A stretch of 24,000 nucleotides of DNA from an uncultured Lysobacter sp. (GTDB lineage Bacteria > Pseudomonadota > Gammaproteobacteria > Xanthomonadales > Xanthomonadaceae). Under the pieces are notes generated by a model. It worked only from the letters and a program-made list of their open reading frames with translations, was not told the origin of the DNA and made no database searches. Shown in pieces: positions 1 through 14,015 of the stretch (positions are counted from its first letter, which is position 1; every line of letters starts with the position of its first letter). A program made the position numbers and the translations under genes. Where the stretch lies: the NCBI GenBank assembly GCA_964350895.1, contig CAYGMG010000023.1, positions 7,316-31,315 of the forward strand. Direction: 5' to 3'.

Positions 1-230
1 ATGGCCAGCGCGGCGAAGAACCAGCGCTGCCACCCGGATGCCTCGCTCAGAAAGCTGAAGGCGGCGCCGGTGTTGTAGGCCAGGGTCCAGTTCCAGAACC
101 CATCGATGAAGGCCACCGGCTGGCCGTAGACCAGATGATCGAGCGCCAGCTGCTTGGTCCACAGGTCGAGAGCGATGATCAAGGCAGACAGCAGCAGCCA
201 GATCGCGGCATTCGGACGAGGCGCGCTCAT
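1..230 (-). CDS. lspA: Lipoprotein signal peptidase II, N-terminal part; the gene runs off the left edge of the window
   Basis: Not in the ORF track because it is truncated. My reverse-strand translation from the ATG (cat at 228-230) reads [76 protein letters not shown]. This matches the LspA N-terminal signature (D..TK, N.GAAFSFL, GWQRWFF). It lies directly downstream of ileS, as in the conserved ribF-ileS-lspA cluster. A GAAGGA Shine-Dalgarno sits about 10 nt upstream. Confidence 0.85.
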   Translation of the reverse strand, partial: MSAPRPNAAIWLLLSALIIALDLWTKQLALDHLVYGQPVAFIDGFWNWTLAYNTGAAFSFLSEASGWQRWFFAALA

Positions 231-330
231 GGCGCGCGATCCTTCGGCAGGGAGCACGCCACGACGTGAAAGCGCCGCAGCACGGCGACGGCCTCGCCGC
301 AGGCCGTGAATCGGCAATCGGGCAACCTGA

Positions 331-3207
331 TCAGAACCATTTCCGCGTCTCGCCGAAGCCGACCACGTTGTCGACGCAGCGGCCGCACAGCTCAGGGTGA
401 TTGCGCGCCGGGTCCTCGGCATCCAGATGGGTACCGACATCGGCGCGATGGTGCCAGCAGCGCACGCACTTGGGATGCGGCGAGGCCAGCGCGGTCACGT
501 AGGCCTCCATCCCTTCGGCACGCTGCGCGCCGGCCGGCCGATCGCGGAGCGGCTGCAGGCGCACTTCGGAAGTGATGAACAGGAAGCGCAGCTCCTCGGC
601 CAGCGGCTCGAGCCAGGTGCGCATCGATTCATCCACGTAGAGATCCACCTCGGCAGCCAGCGATGCGCCCAGCGTGCCGGCGGCGCGCATCGGCTCCATG
701 ACCCGGGTAGCCGCCTCGCGCAGGGCCAGGATCTGCTGCATGTGCGTGATGCCCAGCACCGCGTCAGCCGGCAGCGGCGCCAGCCCTTCGTACCAGGTGC
801 CGAACAGCAGGTTGTCCTCTTTCTCGCCGGGCAGATAGGCAAACGCCTCATCGGCGGTGAAACTGAGGATCGGTGCCATCCAGCGCACCAGGGCCTGGGC
901 GATGTGGAACATCGCGGTCTGCGCCGAGCGCCGGCTTCGGGAATTCTCCGGCGTGGTGTAGAGCCGGTCCTTGGTCACGTCCAGATACAGCGAGCCGAGC
1001 TCGACGCTGCAGTAGTTTCCGAGCCGCTGGACCACGCCGGCGAAGTCATAGCGCTGGTAGCAGGCCAGGATCTCCTGCTGCAGCGCATGCGCGCGGGCCA
1101 CCGCCCAACGATCAAGGAGCACCATGTCGTCGAGGTGCACCTTGTGCTGCTTCGGCTCGAAGCCGTGCAGGTTGCCGAGCAGGAAGCGGAAGGTGTTGCG
1201 GATGCGCCGGTACAGGTCGGCGCTGCGCTTGAGGATCTCCTGCGACAGCGACATCTCGTAGCAGTAGTCGGTGGAAGCGATCCACAGGCGCAGGATGTCG
1301 GCGCCCATGGTCTTGATCACGTCCTGCGGCGAGACCACGTTGCCCAGCGACTTGGACATCTTGCGGCCCTTCTCATCCACGGTGAAACCATGGGTAAGAA
1401 CCTGCTTGTACGGCGCCACGCCGTCGATGGCGACGCCGGTCAGCAGCGAGCTCTGGAACCAGCCGCGGTGCTGGTCGGAGCCCTCGAGGTAGAGGTCGGC
1501 CGGCTTGCCAAGACCGCGCGCCGCCAGCACTGCTTCGTGGGTCACGCCTGAATCCAGCCAGACGTCGAGGATGTCGCTGACCTTGTCGTAATCGACGGCC
1601 TCGGCGCCGAGGAGTTCCGCGGCATCGAGCTGGAACCAGGCATCCACCCCACCCTGCTCGATGCGCTGGGCGACTTGCTCCATCAGCTCCACCGAACGTG
1701 GATGCGGCTCGCCGCTGAGCTTGTGCACGAACAACGCGATCGGCACGCCCCAGGTGCGCTGCCGCGAGATGCACCAGTCCGGGCGACCTTCGATCATCGA
1801 ACGGATCCGTGCCTCGCCCCATTCCGGGAACCAGCCGCCGGCCTTGCCGATGGCGGCGATCGCCGCCAGCGCATCGCTGCGCAGCCCTGCCTGGTCCATC
1901 GAGATGAACCATTGCGGCGTGGCGCGAAAGGCCACCGGCGTCTTGTGCCGCCAGCAGTGCGGATAACTGTGCTGCAAAGTGGCGCTGGCCAACAGTACGC
2001 CGCGCTCGCGCAGCAGCTCGATCAGGAACTCATTGGCCTTCCAGATGAACTGGCCCTCGACCAGGGGCGTGCCCGGCAGGTACACGCCATTGCCGCCCAC
2101 CGGATTCATCTCGGCCGCCGAATACTTCTCCAGCAGGCCGTACTGGCGGCTGACCACGAAGTCTTCCTGGCCATGCCCTGGCGCGGTGTGCACGGCGCCG
2201 GTGCCGTCCTCGGCGGATACGTGGTCGCCGAGGATCAGCGGAATGTCGCGCTCGTAGAACGGGTGCGCGGTAAGCACATGTTCAAGTGCGGCGCCCTTGG
2301 CGTGGCCCAGCACCTTGACCTCTTCAACGCCGTAGCGGGCCAGTGCCTGCGTGGCCAGGGCCTCGGCGAGCACCAGCAGGCTGCGGCCATCACCCGTGGC
2401 CGGCCCCTCGACCAGCACATAGTCGAGATCGGGGCCGATACTGATGGCAAGGCTGGCCGGCAGGGTCCACGGGGTGGTGGTCCAGATCGGTACTGCGACC
2501 CGCGCGCCCTGCTCCAACTCGACGCCGAACCGGGACGCAAGCCCGGCAGCGTCACGTGCGTAGTAGGCCACGTCGACCTGGCTCGAGGTCTTGTCCGCGT
2601 ACTCGATCTCGGCCTCGGCCAGCGCCGAGCCGCAGTCGAAGCACCAATGCACCGGCTTGAAGCCGCGGGTGACGTGGCCGCGAGCATAGATCTTGGCCAG
2701 CGAGCGGACGATGTCGGCCTCGAAGCGGTAATCCATAGTGCGATAGGGATTGTCCCAGTCGCCGAGCACGCCAAGGCGCTGGAAGTCGGTGCTCTGCAGG
2801 GCAATCTGCTCGGCGGCGTACTCGCGGCATTTGGCGCGGAACGCGGCGGCGTCGAGCTTGCTGCCGACCTTGCCGTGCTTTTTCTCCACCGCATGCTCAA
2901 TCGGCAGGCCGTGGCAGTCCCAGCCCGGAATGTAGGGAGCCTGGAAGCCCGACAGCAACCGCGACTTGACCGCTACGTCCTTGAGGATCTTGTTGACCGC
3001 GTGGCCGAGATGGATCACACCATTGGCGTAGGGCGGACCGTCATGCAGGACATAGCGCGGCCTGCCTTCGGTGCGCGCCTGGATCTGCTCATACAGCCCG
3101 TCCTGCTTCCAGCGCGCCAGCGCATCGGGCTCGCGCTTGGGCAGGTCGCCGCGCATCGGGAAATCGGTGGCGGGCAGGTGGATGGTTGGCTTGTAGTCGT
3201 GGCTCAC
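331..3207 (-). CDS. ileS: Isoleucyl-tRNA synthetase
   Basis: 958-aa ORF. It carries the class I HIGH-type motif ([14 protein letters not shown]), a KMSKS motif (KMSKSLGN) and a C-terminal Zn-binding CVRCWHH...CGRCVDN. The GTG start overlaps the ribF stop (GTGA). Confidence 0.97.
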   Translation of the reverse strand: MSHDYKPTIHLPATDFPMRGDLPKREPDALARWKQDGLYEQIQARTEGRPRYVLHDGPPYANGVIHLGHAVNKILKDVAVKSRLLSGFQAPYIPGWDCHGLPIEHAVEKKHGKVGSKLDAAAFRAKCREYAAEQIALQSTDFQRLGVLGDWDNPYRTMDYRFEADIVRSLAKIYARGHVTRGFKPVHWCFDCGSALAEAEIEYADKTSSQVDVAYYARDAAGLASRFGVELEQGARVAVPIWTTTPWTLPASLAISIGPDLDYVLVEGPATGDGRSLLVLAEALATQALARYGVEEVKVLGHAKGAALEHVLTAHPFYERDIPLILGDHVSAEDGTGAVHTAPGHGQEDFVVSRQYGLLEKYSAAEMNPVGGNGVYLPGTPLVEGQFIWKANEFLIELLRERGVLLASATLQHSYPHCWRHKTPVAFRATPQWFISMDQAGLRSDALAAIAAIGKAGGWFPEWGEARIRSMIEGRPDWCISRQRTWGVPIALFVHKLSGEPHPRSVELMEQVAQRIEQGGVDAWFQLDAAELLGAEAVDYDKVSDILDVWLDSGVTHEAVLAARGLGKPADLYLEGSDQHRGWFQSSLLTGVAIDGVAPYKQVLTHGFTVDEKGRKMSKSLGNVVSPQDVIKTMGADILRLWIASTDYCYEMSLSQEILKRSADLYRRIRNTFRFLLGNLHGFEPKQHKVHLDDMVLLDRWAVARAHALQQEILACYQRYDFAGVVQRLGNYCSVELGSLYLDVTKDRLYTTPENSRSRRSAQTAMFHIAQALVRWMAPILSFTADEAFAYLPGEKEDNLLFGTWYEGLAPLPADAVLGITHMQQILALREAATRVMEPMRAAGTLGASLAAEVDLYVDESMRTWLEPLAEELRFLFITSEVRLQPLRDRPAGAQRAEGMEAYVTALASPHPKCVRCWHHRADVGTHLDAEDPARNHPELCGRCVDNVVGFGETRKWF

Positions 3208-4175
3208 GCGGGTATCCGGTCGACATTGATCGGGGAAGCCGGCGACCTGGCAGCGAGCACGCGACGCGCCTGGGCAGCATCGAGGTGCATCTGCTCGGTC
3301 AGCGCCGGCAAGGAATCGAACTTCAGCTCGTCGCGCAGCCGCGCAACGAACTCGACTTCGATGCGCTGACCGTAAAGGTCGCCATCGAAATCGAACAGGT
3401 GGGTCTCGAGCAGCGGCTCGACGCCGCCGACGGTTGGCCGCGTTCCCAGGCTGGAGACCGCCGGCCAGGGCGAGCCGTCGAGACCGTGGACGCGGGTGGC
3501 GAAGATCCCGCTGAGCGCCGGACGCACGCCCTCCAGCCGCTGGTTGGCGGTCGGATAGCCAAGCGTGCGCCCGAGCTGTCGGCCACGCACCACCTTGCCG
3601 GCGATGCTGTAGGCCCGTCCCAGCAGACGGCTGGCGGTGGCGAAATCGCCTTCGGCCAGGGCCGCGCGCACTGCCGAGCTGGATACCCGCTGGCCATCGA
3701 AGGCGTGGGTCTCGATCGCCTGGGCGCGGAAGTCCAGCCGCTCACCCAGCGCCTGCAACATGGCCAGATCACCGCGCCGCCGGTGACCAAAGCGGAAGTC
3801 GTCGCCAACCCAGACCTCGACAACCCGCCAGCGATCGACCAGGACCTGGGTCACAAAGTCTTCTGCCGGCATCGCGGCCATCGCCGCATCAAAGCGCAGC
3901 AGGCCAACCAGATCGACGCCCATGGTACGCAGCCGTTCGAAACGGTCACGCGCCGAGGCGATGCGCGGCGGTGCGGCATCGCCAAGGAAGAACTCGCGCG
4001 GCAGCGGGTCGAAACTGATCACCCCGGCCAGCGCGCCAAGGGAACGGGCACGCGCCAGCGTATGCCGCACCAGCGCCTGATGCCCTAGGTGCAGGCCATC
4101 GAAGGCGCCGATGCAGACCACGCTGCGTTGCGTTGCGAGGGGGGCGCCTTCGACGTCCCGAACCAGCCTGCTCAT
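3204..4175 (-). CDS. ribF: Bifunctional riboflavin kinase / FAD synthetase
   Basis: 323 aa. The N-terminal nucleotidyltransferase motif is [14 protein letters not shown]. The C-terminal riboflavin-kinase region has GYPTAN and [15 protein letters not shown] start; sits between murJ and ileS. Confidence 0.95.
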   Translation of the reverse strand: MSRLVRDVEGAPLATQRSVVCIGAFDGLHLGHQALVRHTLARARSLGALAGVISFDPLPREFFLGDAAPPRIASARDRFERLRTMGVDLVGLLRFDAAMAAMPAEDFVTQVLVDRWRVVEVWVGDDFRFGHRRRGDLAMLQALGERLDFRAQAIETHAFDGQRVSSSAVRAALAEGDFATASRLLGRAYSIAGKVVRGRQLGRTLGYPTANQRLEGVRPALSGIFATRVHGLDGSPWPAVSSLGTRPTVGGVEPLLETHLFDFDGDLYGQRIEVEFVARLRDELKFDSLPALTEQMHLDAAQARRVLAARSPASPINVDRIPA

Positions 4176-4192
4176 TGGCGCAAGTATAGCGG

Positions 4193-5752
4193 CTATGCCG
4201 GTTCGCGCAGGTGGCGCGGACGCAGGCCCAGGACCAGCAGCACCCCGGCATAGGCCGCGCCTCCGGCACCGATCACCACGCCGAGGCTGGTCACGCGGCG
4301 CCAGGCCGGCAGCGAATCCCAGTCACCGGCTTCGGCTTGCAGCCAGAACACCAGCAGCCCCATGACCAGCACCGCGCAGAGCAGTCGCAGCAGGTAGCCA
4401 GGCCAGCCGGGCTGCAGCCGCAGCAGCCCGCGGCGGCGCAGGCCGCGCGCCAGCAGCAGGGCGTTGGCGATGCCGGCCAGGGCGGTAGCCAGGGCGATGC
4501 CGGCGTGCGCTGCCGGATGTCCGGCCCGCCACAGCGGCCAGACCAGGGCGACGATCAGGACGATATTTATCAGCACGGTGACGATCGCCACCCGCATCGG
4601 CGTGACCGTGTCCTGGCGCGAGAAGAAGCCGGCGAGCAGCACCTTGCTGAGCATGAAGCCGGGGATGCCGATGCTCATCGCGCTGACTGCCACCGCGGTC
4701 ATCGCGGTGTCCTTCGCGGCGAACGCACCGTAGTTGAACAAGGTGGCGCAGATCGGTGCTGCCAGCACGCCCAGTCCGACCGCAGCCGGCAGGGCGACCA
4801 GAAGCACCGCGCGCAGTCCCCAGTCAAGACTGGCCGCATAGCCGGCATCATCGGCCCGCGCATGCTTGCCGGCCAGGTGCGGCAGGATCACCGTGCCGAT
4901 GGCGACCCCGAACAGGCCGAGCGGCAGCTCAACGAGGCGATCCGAGTAGTACAGCCAGCTCTGCGCCGAGGCCACCAGCAAGGAAGCGGCCATGGTCCCC
5001 ACCAGAAGGTTGAACTGCGCCACCGACGAGGAGAACAGGGTCGGCAACATGAGCCGGAACACCCGCAGCACGCCCGGATGCCGTGGGCTCAGGCGCAGTC
5101 GCGGGCGCAGGCCGAGGCGGGCCAGGGCCGGCCACAGCAGCATCGCCTGCAGCAGGCCGGCCAGACACACGCCCCAGGCCAGCGCTTTCTCCGGCACCGC
5201 GAACCAGCTGCCGGCAAACAGGATGGCGGCGATCACCGACAGGTTGTGCAGCACCGGTGCAAAGGCCGGCAAGCCGAAATGGCGGAAGCTGTTGAGCACC
5301 CCGCCGGCCAGCGCGGTCATCGAAATGAACACCAGATAGGGAAAGGTGATCCGCAGCATGTCGGCGGTCAGCTCGACCGGGATCGCGTTGTCGCCGCTGG
5401 CGAAGGCGAGAAAGCCGCGGGCGATCCACGGCGCCGCCAACCAGCCCAGCGCAGTCACCAGGACCACCGCGGCAAGCAAGGCGCCGGCGACATGGTCGAG
5501 GAAGTCCTGGATGGCCGCCTGGTCGCCCTTTTCGCGCAGCTCGGAGAGCACCGGCACGAAGGCCGAAGAGAACGAGCCCTCGGCAAAGATCCGCCGCAGA
5601 TAGTTGGGGATGCGATAGGCCACGACGAAGGCGCTGACCGCCGGGCCAGCGCCGAAGGTGACCGCCTGCAGCCAGTCGCGGACCAGACCGGCAATCCGCG
5701 AGAGCAGGGTCATCGAACCGAACACCGCGCTGGCGCGCGCCAGGCGACTCAT
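4193..5752 (-). CDS. murJ: Lipid II flippase MurJ (MviN)
   Basis: 519-aa polytopic membrane protein. The N-terminus, SRIAGLVRD...AFVVAYRIPNYLRRIFAEGSFSSAFVPVLSE, is typical of MurJ/MviN. It ends 17 nt upstream of ribF, so it is probably co-transcribed. Confidence 0.93.
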   Translation of the reverse strand: MSRLARASAVFGSMTLLSRIAGLVRDWLQAVTFGAGPAVSAFVVAYRIPNYLRRIFAEGSFSSAFVPVLSELREKGDQAAIQDFLDHVAGALLAAVVLVTALGWLAAPWIARGFLAFASGDNAIPVELTADMLRITFPYLVFISMTALAGGVLNSFRHFGLPAFAPVLHNLSVIAAILFAGSWFAVPEKALAWGVCLAGLLQAMLLWPALARLGLRPRLRLSPRHPGVLRVFRLMLPTLFSSSVAQFNLLVGTMAASLLVASAQSWLYYSDRLVELPLGLFGVAIGTVILPHLAGKHARADDAGYAASLDWGLRAVLLVALPAAVGLGVLAAPICATLFNYGAFAAKDTAMTAVAVSAMSIGIPGFMLSKVLLAGFFSRQDTVTPMRVAIVTVLINIVLIVALVWPLWRAGHPAAHAGIALATALAGIANALLLARGLRRRGLLRLQPGWPGYLLRLLCAVLVMGLLVFWLQAEAGDWDSLPAWRRVTSLGVVIGAGGAAYAGVLLVLGLRPRHLREPA

Positions 5753-5792
5753 TGCCCTGCCCTGCCCGGCTTAGACAAGTTCATGCGCACTG

Positions 5793-5821
5793 TTGTTTTC
5801 GCCCTGCGTGCTAGGCATAAT
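5793..5821 (+). promoter_or_regulatory. Candidate sigma70 promoter for rpsT: -35 TTGTTT (5793-5798), 17-nt spacer, -10 CATAAT (5816-5821)
   Basis: Hexamers and spacing read directly from the sequence, about 48 nt upstream of the rpsT start, in the divergent murJ/rpsT spacer. Not experimentally supported. Confidence 0.45.
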
Positions 5822-5868
5822 GCGCGGTCTTTATCCGGTCCCGTCGACCCCATTTCAGGAGCAACCCC

Positions 5869-6132
5869 TTGGCCAATATCAAATCCGCCAAAAAGCGCGC
5901 CAAGCAGACTGTCGTCCGCAACGCCCGCAATGTCGCCCAGCGCTCGATGCTGCGCACCGCCGTGAAGAAGGTCATCAAGGCCATCGACGCCAACGACGCC
6001 GCTGCCGCGACCGAGGCGTTCAACACCGCCCAGCCGATTCTCGACCGCTTCGCTTCGCGCGGTCTGATCCACAAGAACAAGGCCGCTCGCCACAAGAGCC
6101 GCCTCACCGCGCGCATCCGCGCAATCGGCTAA
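5869..6132 (+). CDS. rpsT: 30S ribosomal protein S20
   Basis: 87 aa, [21 protein letters not shown]... The TTG start (5869-5871) matches the UUG start known for E. coli rpsT. AGGAG at 5857-5861. Confidence 0.96.
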   Translation: MANIKSAKKRAKQTVVRNARNVAQRSMLRTAVKKVIKAIDANDAAAATEAFNTAQPILDRFASRGLIHKNKAARHKSRLTARIRAIG

Positions 6133-6157
6133 GCGGCCAACGACGGGACCATCGATC

Positions 6158-6181
6158 AAGCCGGCGCAAGCCGGCTTTTTC
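6158..6181 (+). terminator. Rho-independent terminator of rpsT
   Basis: Perfect 8-bp stem, AAGCCGGC (6158-6165) with GCCGGCTT (6170-6177). GCAA tetraloop, followed by a T-run (6176-6180). Confidence 0.8.
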
Positions 6182-6307
6182 GTTTCTGTCCCAGACGTTT
6201 TTTTCAATGTGGGCAGCACTCGCCCGCAAGTCGGACCGGGCCGGATCGAGTTATCAGCGGCCCTGGCGTCGCGCGACTGCGAGATGAACGCGAGCGCCGC
6301 GCCGGGC

Positions 6308-7378
<1,071 letters not shown>

Positions 7379-7386
7379 TCAGGGCC

Positions 7387-7414
7387 GTGATGGGTGATTC
7401 GTGATGGGTGATTC
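7387..7414. repeat. Tandem direct repeat, 2 x 14 nt (GTGATGGGTGATTC), equivalent to four GTGAT-cored heptads
   Basis: Read directly: 7387-7400 and 7401-7414 are identical. It lies 12 nt upstream (minus-strand sense) of the obg start codon. Confidence 0.9.
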
Positions 7415-7528
7415 GGAAAGGCGCGGCGCGGCGACCTTGGGCGTTACGAGTCTAACGGAGCGGCCCGGGGGGATTCTGATCGCCTGTGACGGGACAATGG
7501 CGTGGATGTGGCGGGCTTCCGCTCTTGG

Positions 7529-7543
7529 CGAATCACCAATCAC
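7529..7543. repeat. Inverted copy of the GTGAT-heptad repeat (CGAATCACCAATCAC, reverse complement GTGATTGGTGATTCG)
   Basis: 14/15 identity to 7401-7415 in inverted orientation, about 113 nt away. Partial similarity continues a few nt inward. Confidence 0.85.
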
Positions 7544-7564
7544 GCGGCCGCCACAGGCGGCCGC
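7544..7564. repeat. Perfect 9-bp GC palindrome hairpin (GCGGCCGCC-aca-GGCGGCCGC)
   Basis: Read directly. It lies immediately promoter-distal to the rpmA terminator on the minus strand. It could be a second terminator hairpin or a REP-like element. Confidence 0.7.
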
Positions 7565-7591
7565 AAAACAAAAACCCCGCACGCGGCGGGG
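7565..7591 (-). terminator. Rho-independent terminator after rplU-rpmA
   Basis: The minus strand reads CCCCGC-cgcgt-GCGGGG followed by TTTTTGTTTT. It begins about 25 nt after the rpmA stop. Confidence 0.8.
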
Positions 7592-7616
7592 CTTCTGCGC
7601 GCGTCGCTGGCTGGGG

Positions 7617-7877
7617 TCAGTCGGCTGCGCTGACACTCACCGTGCGGCGACTCTTCGGACCCTTCACCGCGAACTGGACGGTGCCGTCCACCAGGGCAAA
7701 CAGGGTGTGATCGCGGCCCAGACCAACGCCGCTACCCGGATGGAACTGGGTGCCGCGCTGACGGACGATGATGTTCCCGGCTTCAACGGCCTGACCGCCG
7801 AAGATCTTGACGCCGAGGTACTTGGGGTTGGAATCGCGGCCGTTACGGGTACTGCCGCCTGCCTTTTTATGTGCCAT
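7617..7877 (-). CDS. rpmA: 50S ribosomal protein L27
   Basis: 86 aa, [24 protein letters not shown]... Confidence 0.97.
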   Translation of the reverse strand: MAHKKAGGSTRNGRDSNPKYLGVKIFGGQAVEAGNIIVRQRGTQFHPGSGVGLGRDHTLFALVDGTVQFAVKGPKSRRTVSVSAAD

Positions 7878-7907
7878 GACTCGTGCTCCAGGCTAGTGGG
7901 CGTGCGC

Positions 7908-8219
7908 TCAGGCGCTGATGCCGGTGATTTCGATTTCGGTGTAGTGCTGGCGATGGCCAGCCTGCTTGCGGTGGTGCTTGCGGCGACGGAACTTGACGAT
8001 CCGGACCTTGTCGTGACGACCGTGGGCCTTGATCGAGGCCGAGACCTTGGCGCCATCGACCAGCGGTGCGCCGACGGTGACCTTGTCGCCGTCGCCGATC
8101 ATCAGGACCTGGTCGAAGTCGACCGTGCTGCCTTCGGCGAGCTCAAGCTTCTCGACGCGGAGGGTCTCACCCTTCATCACGCGGTACTGCTTGCCGCCGG
8201 TAACCATGACTGCGTACAT
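7908..8219 (-). CDS. rplU: 50S ribosomal protein L21
   Basis: 103 aa, [14 protein letters not shown]... A GAGGAAAG Shine-Dalgarno precedes the ATG. Confidence 0.97.
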   Translation of the reverse strand: MYAVMVTGGKQYRVMKGETLRVEKLELAEGSTVDFDQVLMIGDGDKVTVGAPLVDGAKVSASIKAHGRHDKVRIVKFRRRKHHRKQAGHRQHYTEIEITGISA

Positions 8220-8287
8220 GACTTTCCTCTGTAGTTCTTCTGATAACCCCTCCCGGTCGCAGCCAAAGCCGGACGGAAGGACCGCGA

Positions 8288-8316
8288 ATGATAGCCATGC
8301 CCGTCGACGCGGTCAA
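8288..8316 (-). promoter_or_regulatory. Candidate sigma70 promoter of rplU-rpmA: -35 TTGACC, 17-nt spacer, -10 TATCAT (minus strand)
   Basis: The plus strand shows ATGATA at 8288-8293 and GGTCAA at 8311-8316, with exactly 17 nt between them. This is about 70 nt upstream of the rplU start. Confidence 0.55.
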
Positions 8317-8421
8317 TGCTGGCGAGCGCCCCGCGTGGCGACCACCTTGCCGGCGTTCAGTCGCGCTTGCCATCGCCGGCGCTATCTTCGGCTCTGATCC
8401 GCGCCACCTTCCGGAGTCGCC

Positions 8422-8925
8422 ATGTTCAAGTCACCGATGTTTCTGCTCTGTCTTGCCCTGCCGATGCTGGCCCTGGCCCAGCCGGCGGTGGATAGCGCCC
8501 TGGTTCAGGTCGACTTCGAGAAGCCCGAATCGTTCAGCGATGCGCGCACCAATGATTCCTTCCGCAAGGGCGCCAGCGAGAACGTGACCAAGGGACTTGC
8601 CAAGTATCTGGAGAAGACCGCTCCGGCCCATCTGTCCGCAGGGCAACGCCTGCAGGTCGTGTTCACCGAGATCGATCTTGCCGGCGACTACGAGCCAGGC
8701 ACCAACCTCTCGCTTTACGACGTGCGGATCGTCAAGCCGATCTATCCGCCGCGCCTGGGCTTTCGCTGGCAGCTGATCGACGCCGGCGGCGAGGTGCTGC
8801 GCGAAGGCGAGGAGTCGCTGCGTGACCTTGGCTTTCAAACCGGCTCGCCGGGCAATGACCGCGACCCGCTGCGCTATGAGAAGCACATGCTGAAGCGCTG
8901 GCTGCAGGACACCCTGCCGCGCTGA
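8422..8925 (+). CDS. Small secreted protein of unknown function (I tentatively recall it as DUF3016-like)
   Basis: 167 aa with a clear signal peptide (MFKSPMFLLCLALPMLALA/QP). GGAG lies 5 nt before the ATG and codon bias looks coding. The domain assignment is from memory only. Confidence 0.75.
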   Translation: MFKSPMFLLCLALPMLALAQPAVDSALVQVDFEKPESFSDARTNDSFRKGASENVTKGLAKYLEKTAPAHLSAGQRLQVVFTEIDLAGDYEPGTNLSLYDVRIVKPIYPPRLGFRWQLIDAGGEVLREGEESLRDLGFQTGSPGNDRDPLRYEKHMLKRWLQDTLPR

Positions 8926-9031
8926 GCTGGCGCATCCCTGCAGTATTTCCACCGCCGCAGACCGACCGGTCACCCGGTGCCAACGTGCCCCTCGCTAGAC
9001 TAGCGGGCTTGCCCTGATCGAAACCCATCGC

Positions 9032-11934
<2,903 letters not shown>

Positions 11935-11938
<4 letters not shown>

Positions 11939-12522
11939 GTGACTCCGAACGTAGCGACGAAACCGCGGGCGAAGCAAAGCGCGCAGCAACCCAAGCTGCC
12001 AAGCCCGCGCGCAAGCGCAGCAGCCGATCCAAGTCGGGTTCGAAGTCGGAAACCGGATCGGCAGCGCCCTCGGCCGCAAAGGCCTCACCGAGCGCAGCGC
12101 CGGCCGCAAACTTCACGCCGGCGCTTTTCGTGATCGACTTCGCGGTGCGCTGGCGTGATCTCGACGCCTTCAACCACGTCAACAACGCGACCTTCCTCAC
12201 CTACCTCGAGGAAGCCCGGCTGCGCTGGCTGGAGTCGCTGGACGGACCATGGCTTAGCGAAACCTGCGCCCCGGTTCTGGCCGCAGCCGAACTGCAGTTC
12301 CGCAGGCCGATTCCGTGGCCGGAAACCCTGCGCATCGAACTGCGCGCGCTGCGCGTCGGGCAAAGCAGCCTGACCCTTGGCCATCGGATCGGGTCAGCGG
12401 GCGATGCCAGCGCGGTGTACAGCGAAGGCAGCACGGTGATGGTCTGGGTCGACGCTGCCAGCGGCAAGGGCGCTGCCCTGCCCGAAGCGGTGCGCCGTCA
12501 TGCCGAAGGCGCCGGCGCTTAA
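11935..12522 (+). CDS. Acyl-CoA thioesterase, 4HBT/YbgC-like hotdog fold; start codon uncertain
   Basis: The core, [31 protein letters not shown], resembles the YbgC/4HBT N-terminal catalytic region. The ATG at 11935 overlaps the uvrA stop (ATGA) and adds a roughly 60-aa Lys/Ser/Ala-rich extension. An alternative in-frame GTG at 12130 would give a family-typical 131-aa protein. Confidence 0.75.
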
Positions 12523-12566
12523 GGCCGGCACCTCAGTTTATCGACACACCGTTACCGCGAACCGCA

Positions 12567-12598
12567 GCGCAGCCGCGCAGCCGCGCAACCGCCCAGCC
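12567..12598. repeat. Degenerate octamer tandem repeat (GCGCAGCC GCGCAGCC GCGCAACC GCCCAGCC)
   Basis: Read directly, in the convergent spacer between the thioesterase and the PCu(A)C gene. Confidence 0.8.
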
Positions 12599-12641
12599 GA
12601 CCCGGCATCAGGCGGCCACAGGCTGCACTGGCAAACGCTGA

Positions 12642-13121
12642 TCAATGATGCGCATGGCCCTCGTGGTCCGTGCTCTCGTCCTCGCCGTCAGCGACGCCGG
12701 GGGCGCTGCGCGAGACCTCGAACAGCACCGGCAGTTCGCTGCCGTCGGAGAGCTTGAGCAGGATGCGCACCTGCTCGCCTTCTGCTGGCACGCTGGCGGG
12801 ACGCATCAGCATCAGGTGCCGTCCGCCTGGCTCGAGCGCCGCCGAGGCGCCTGGCGCCAGCTCGATGCGCGGCACTTCGCGCATCCTCGCCATGCCGTCG
12901 ACTTCGATCGTCTCGTGAACCTCGGCCATGCCGAAGCGCTCGCTGGCGGCGCCGACCAGGGCCACCGATTCGCTGCCACGGTTATGTAGCACCACGTAGC
13001 CGGCCAGCATCTTCGCGGTCGGCGGCGCGGCACGGATCCACGCAGCTTCAGCCTCGACCGTGGCGGCCTGGGCGAGCGGGCACAGGCCCAGCAGGAAGGT
13101 GAGGATCAGCGATCGATGCAT
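12642..13121 (-). CDS. Periplasmic copper chaperone PCu(A)C (DUF461 family)
   Basis: 159 aa. Signal peptide MHRSLILTFLLGLCPLAQA. The family-typical H/M pattern is present (MAEVHETIEVDGMARM...GGRHLMLM). His-rich C-terminal tail DHEGHAHH. Confidence 0.8.
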   Translation of the reverse strand: MHRSLILTFLLGLCPLAQAATVEAEAAWIRAAPPTAKMLAGYVVLHNRGSESVALVGAASERFGMAEVHETIEVDGMARMREVPRIELAPGASAALEPGGRHLMLMRPASVPAEGEQVRILLKLSDGSELPVLFEVSRSAPGVADGEDESTDHEGHAHH

Positions 13122-13240
13122 GGTCGGGTCTCGGCAAGGGAATCAAGTCGCATTGTCGCCCGACCTTCCATGATCCAAGGTGAAGCGCCTCGCGGTGCCG
13201 GATCGGCTACGCTCTGGAAATACTCCCGAAGGACCCGCGA

Positions 13241-13999
13241 ATGATCCAGACCCAGTCCCACGCCGGCGGCATCCACGAGCTGCGCATGGCGCGCCCGCCG
13301 GTCAACGCACTCAATCCCGAACTGCTGCAGGCGATCCGCCACGGCATCGATCAGGCGGTCGCCGATGGCGCCCAGGGCATCGTCTTCTCGGGTGCCCCGG
13401 GCATGTTCTCGGCCGGCCTTGATGTGCCCTACCTCATGAGCGTCGATCGACCGGCGCTGGAGTCGGCATGGCGTGAGTTCTTCGCCGTGTGCTCGACCCT
13501 GGCGCACTGCCCGGTGCCGGTGGCCGCGGCGATCACCGGCCACAGCCCGGCCGGCGGCGCGGTGATGGCCCTGTTCTGCGATTACCGGGTGATGGCGGAG
13601 GGCAGCTTCCGCATCGGCCTGAACGAGGTGCAGGTTGGCCTGGTGGTGCCCGACCCGATCCAGGCCGCACTGCGCCGACTGATCGGCGACTACCGGGCCG
13701 AGCGCCTGCTTGTGGCCGGCGCCATGCTCGAATCCGATGCAGCGATGCGCATCGGCCTGGTTGATGAACTGGCCGCCCCTGAACAGGTCGTTGCAGCGGC
13801 ATGCGAGTTCCTCGGCAAGCATCTGGCCCTGCCGAGGTCGGCGATGCTGCGCACCCGCGAACTTGCCAGGGCCGAACTGCGCCGGGCCATCGGCCTGCCG
13901 GGCGAGGTCGATCTCACGCCGTTCCTTGACGCCTGGTTCGAGGAAGAGACGCAGCAGGTGCTGGGAGCCCTGGTAGCCCGGCTCAAGGCGCCCAAGTAG
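13241..13999 (+). CDS. Enoyl-CoA hydratase/isomerase (crotonase) family protein, possibly an enoyl-CoA isomerase
   Basis: 252 aa with crotonase-fold signatures (PPVNALN, FSAGLD, ITGHSPAGGAVMALFCDYRV). The specific activity cannot be assigned from sequence alone. Confidence 0.8.
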   Translation: MIQTQSHAGGIHELRMARPPVNALNPELLQAIRHGIDQAVADGAQGIVFSGAPGMFSAGLDVPYLMSVDRPALESAWREFFAVCSTLAHCPVPVAAAITGHSPAGGAVMALFCDYRVMAEGSFRIGLNEVQVGLVVPDPIQAALRRLIGDYRAERLLVAGAMLESDAAMRIGLVDELAAPEQVVAAACEFLGKHLALPRSAMLRTRELARAELRRAIGLPGEVDLTPFLDAWFEEETQQVLGALVARLKAPK

Positions 14000-14015
14000 G
14001 CGCCTTGCGACTGCC

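Noticed and set aside
231-330. 100-nt ileS-lspA spacer with a small GGCCT...AGGCC hairpin and a CGATTGC/CGATTCA direct repeat.
   Set aside because: The elements are short and weak with no T-run. This is most simply an ordinary intra-operon spacer carrying the lspA ribosome-binding site.
7379-7636. 85-aa minus-strand ORF filling the rpmA-obg spacer.
   Set aside because: It overlaps the rpmA 3' end and reads straight through the terminator hairpins and the repeats. Its composition is Arg/Pro-rich and no ribosome-binding site is present.
8993-9005. Perfect palindrome CGCTAG-A-CTAGCG 27 nt upstream of uvrA, considered as a LexA (SOS) operator.
   Set aside because: It matches neither the CTGT-N8-ACAG box nor the Xanthomonadales-type LexA box as I remember it. 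It is short enough to occur by chance, and I found no adjacent -35 element to support a promoter role for the embedded TAGACT.
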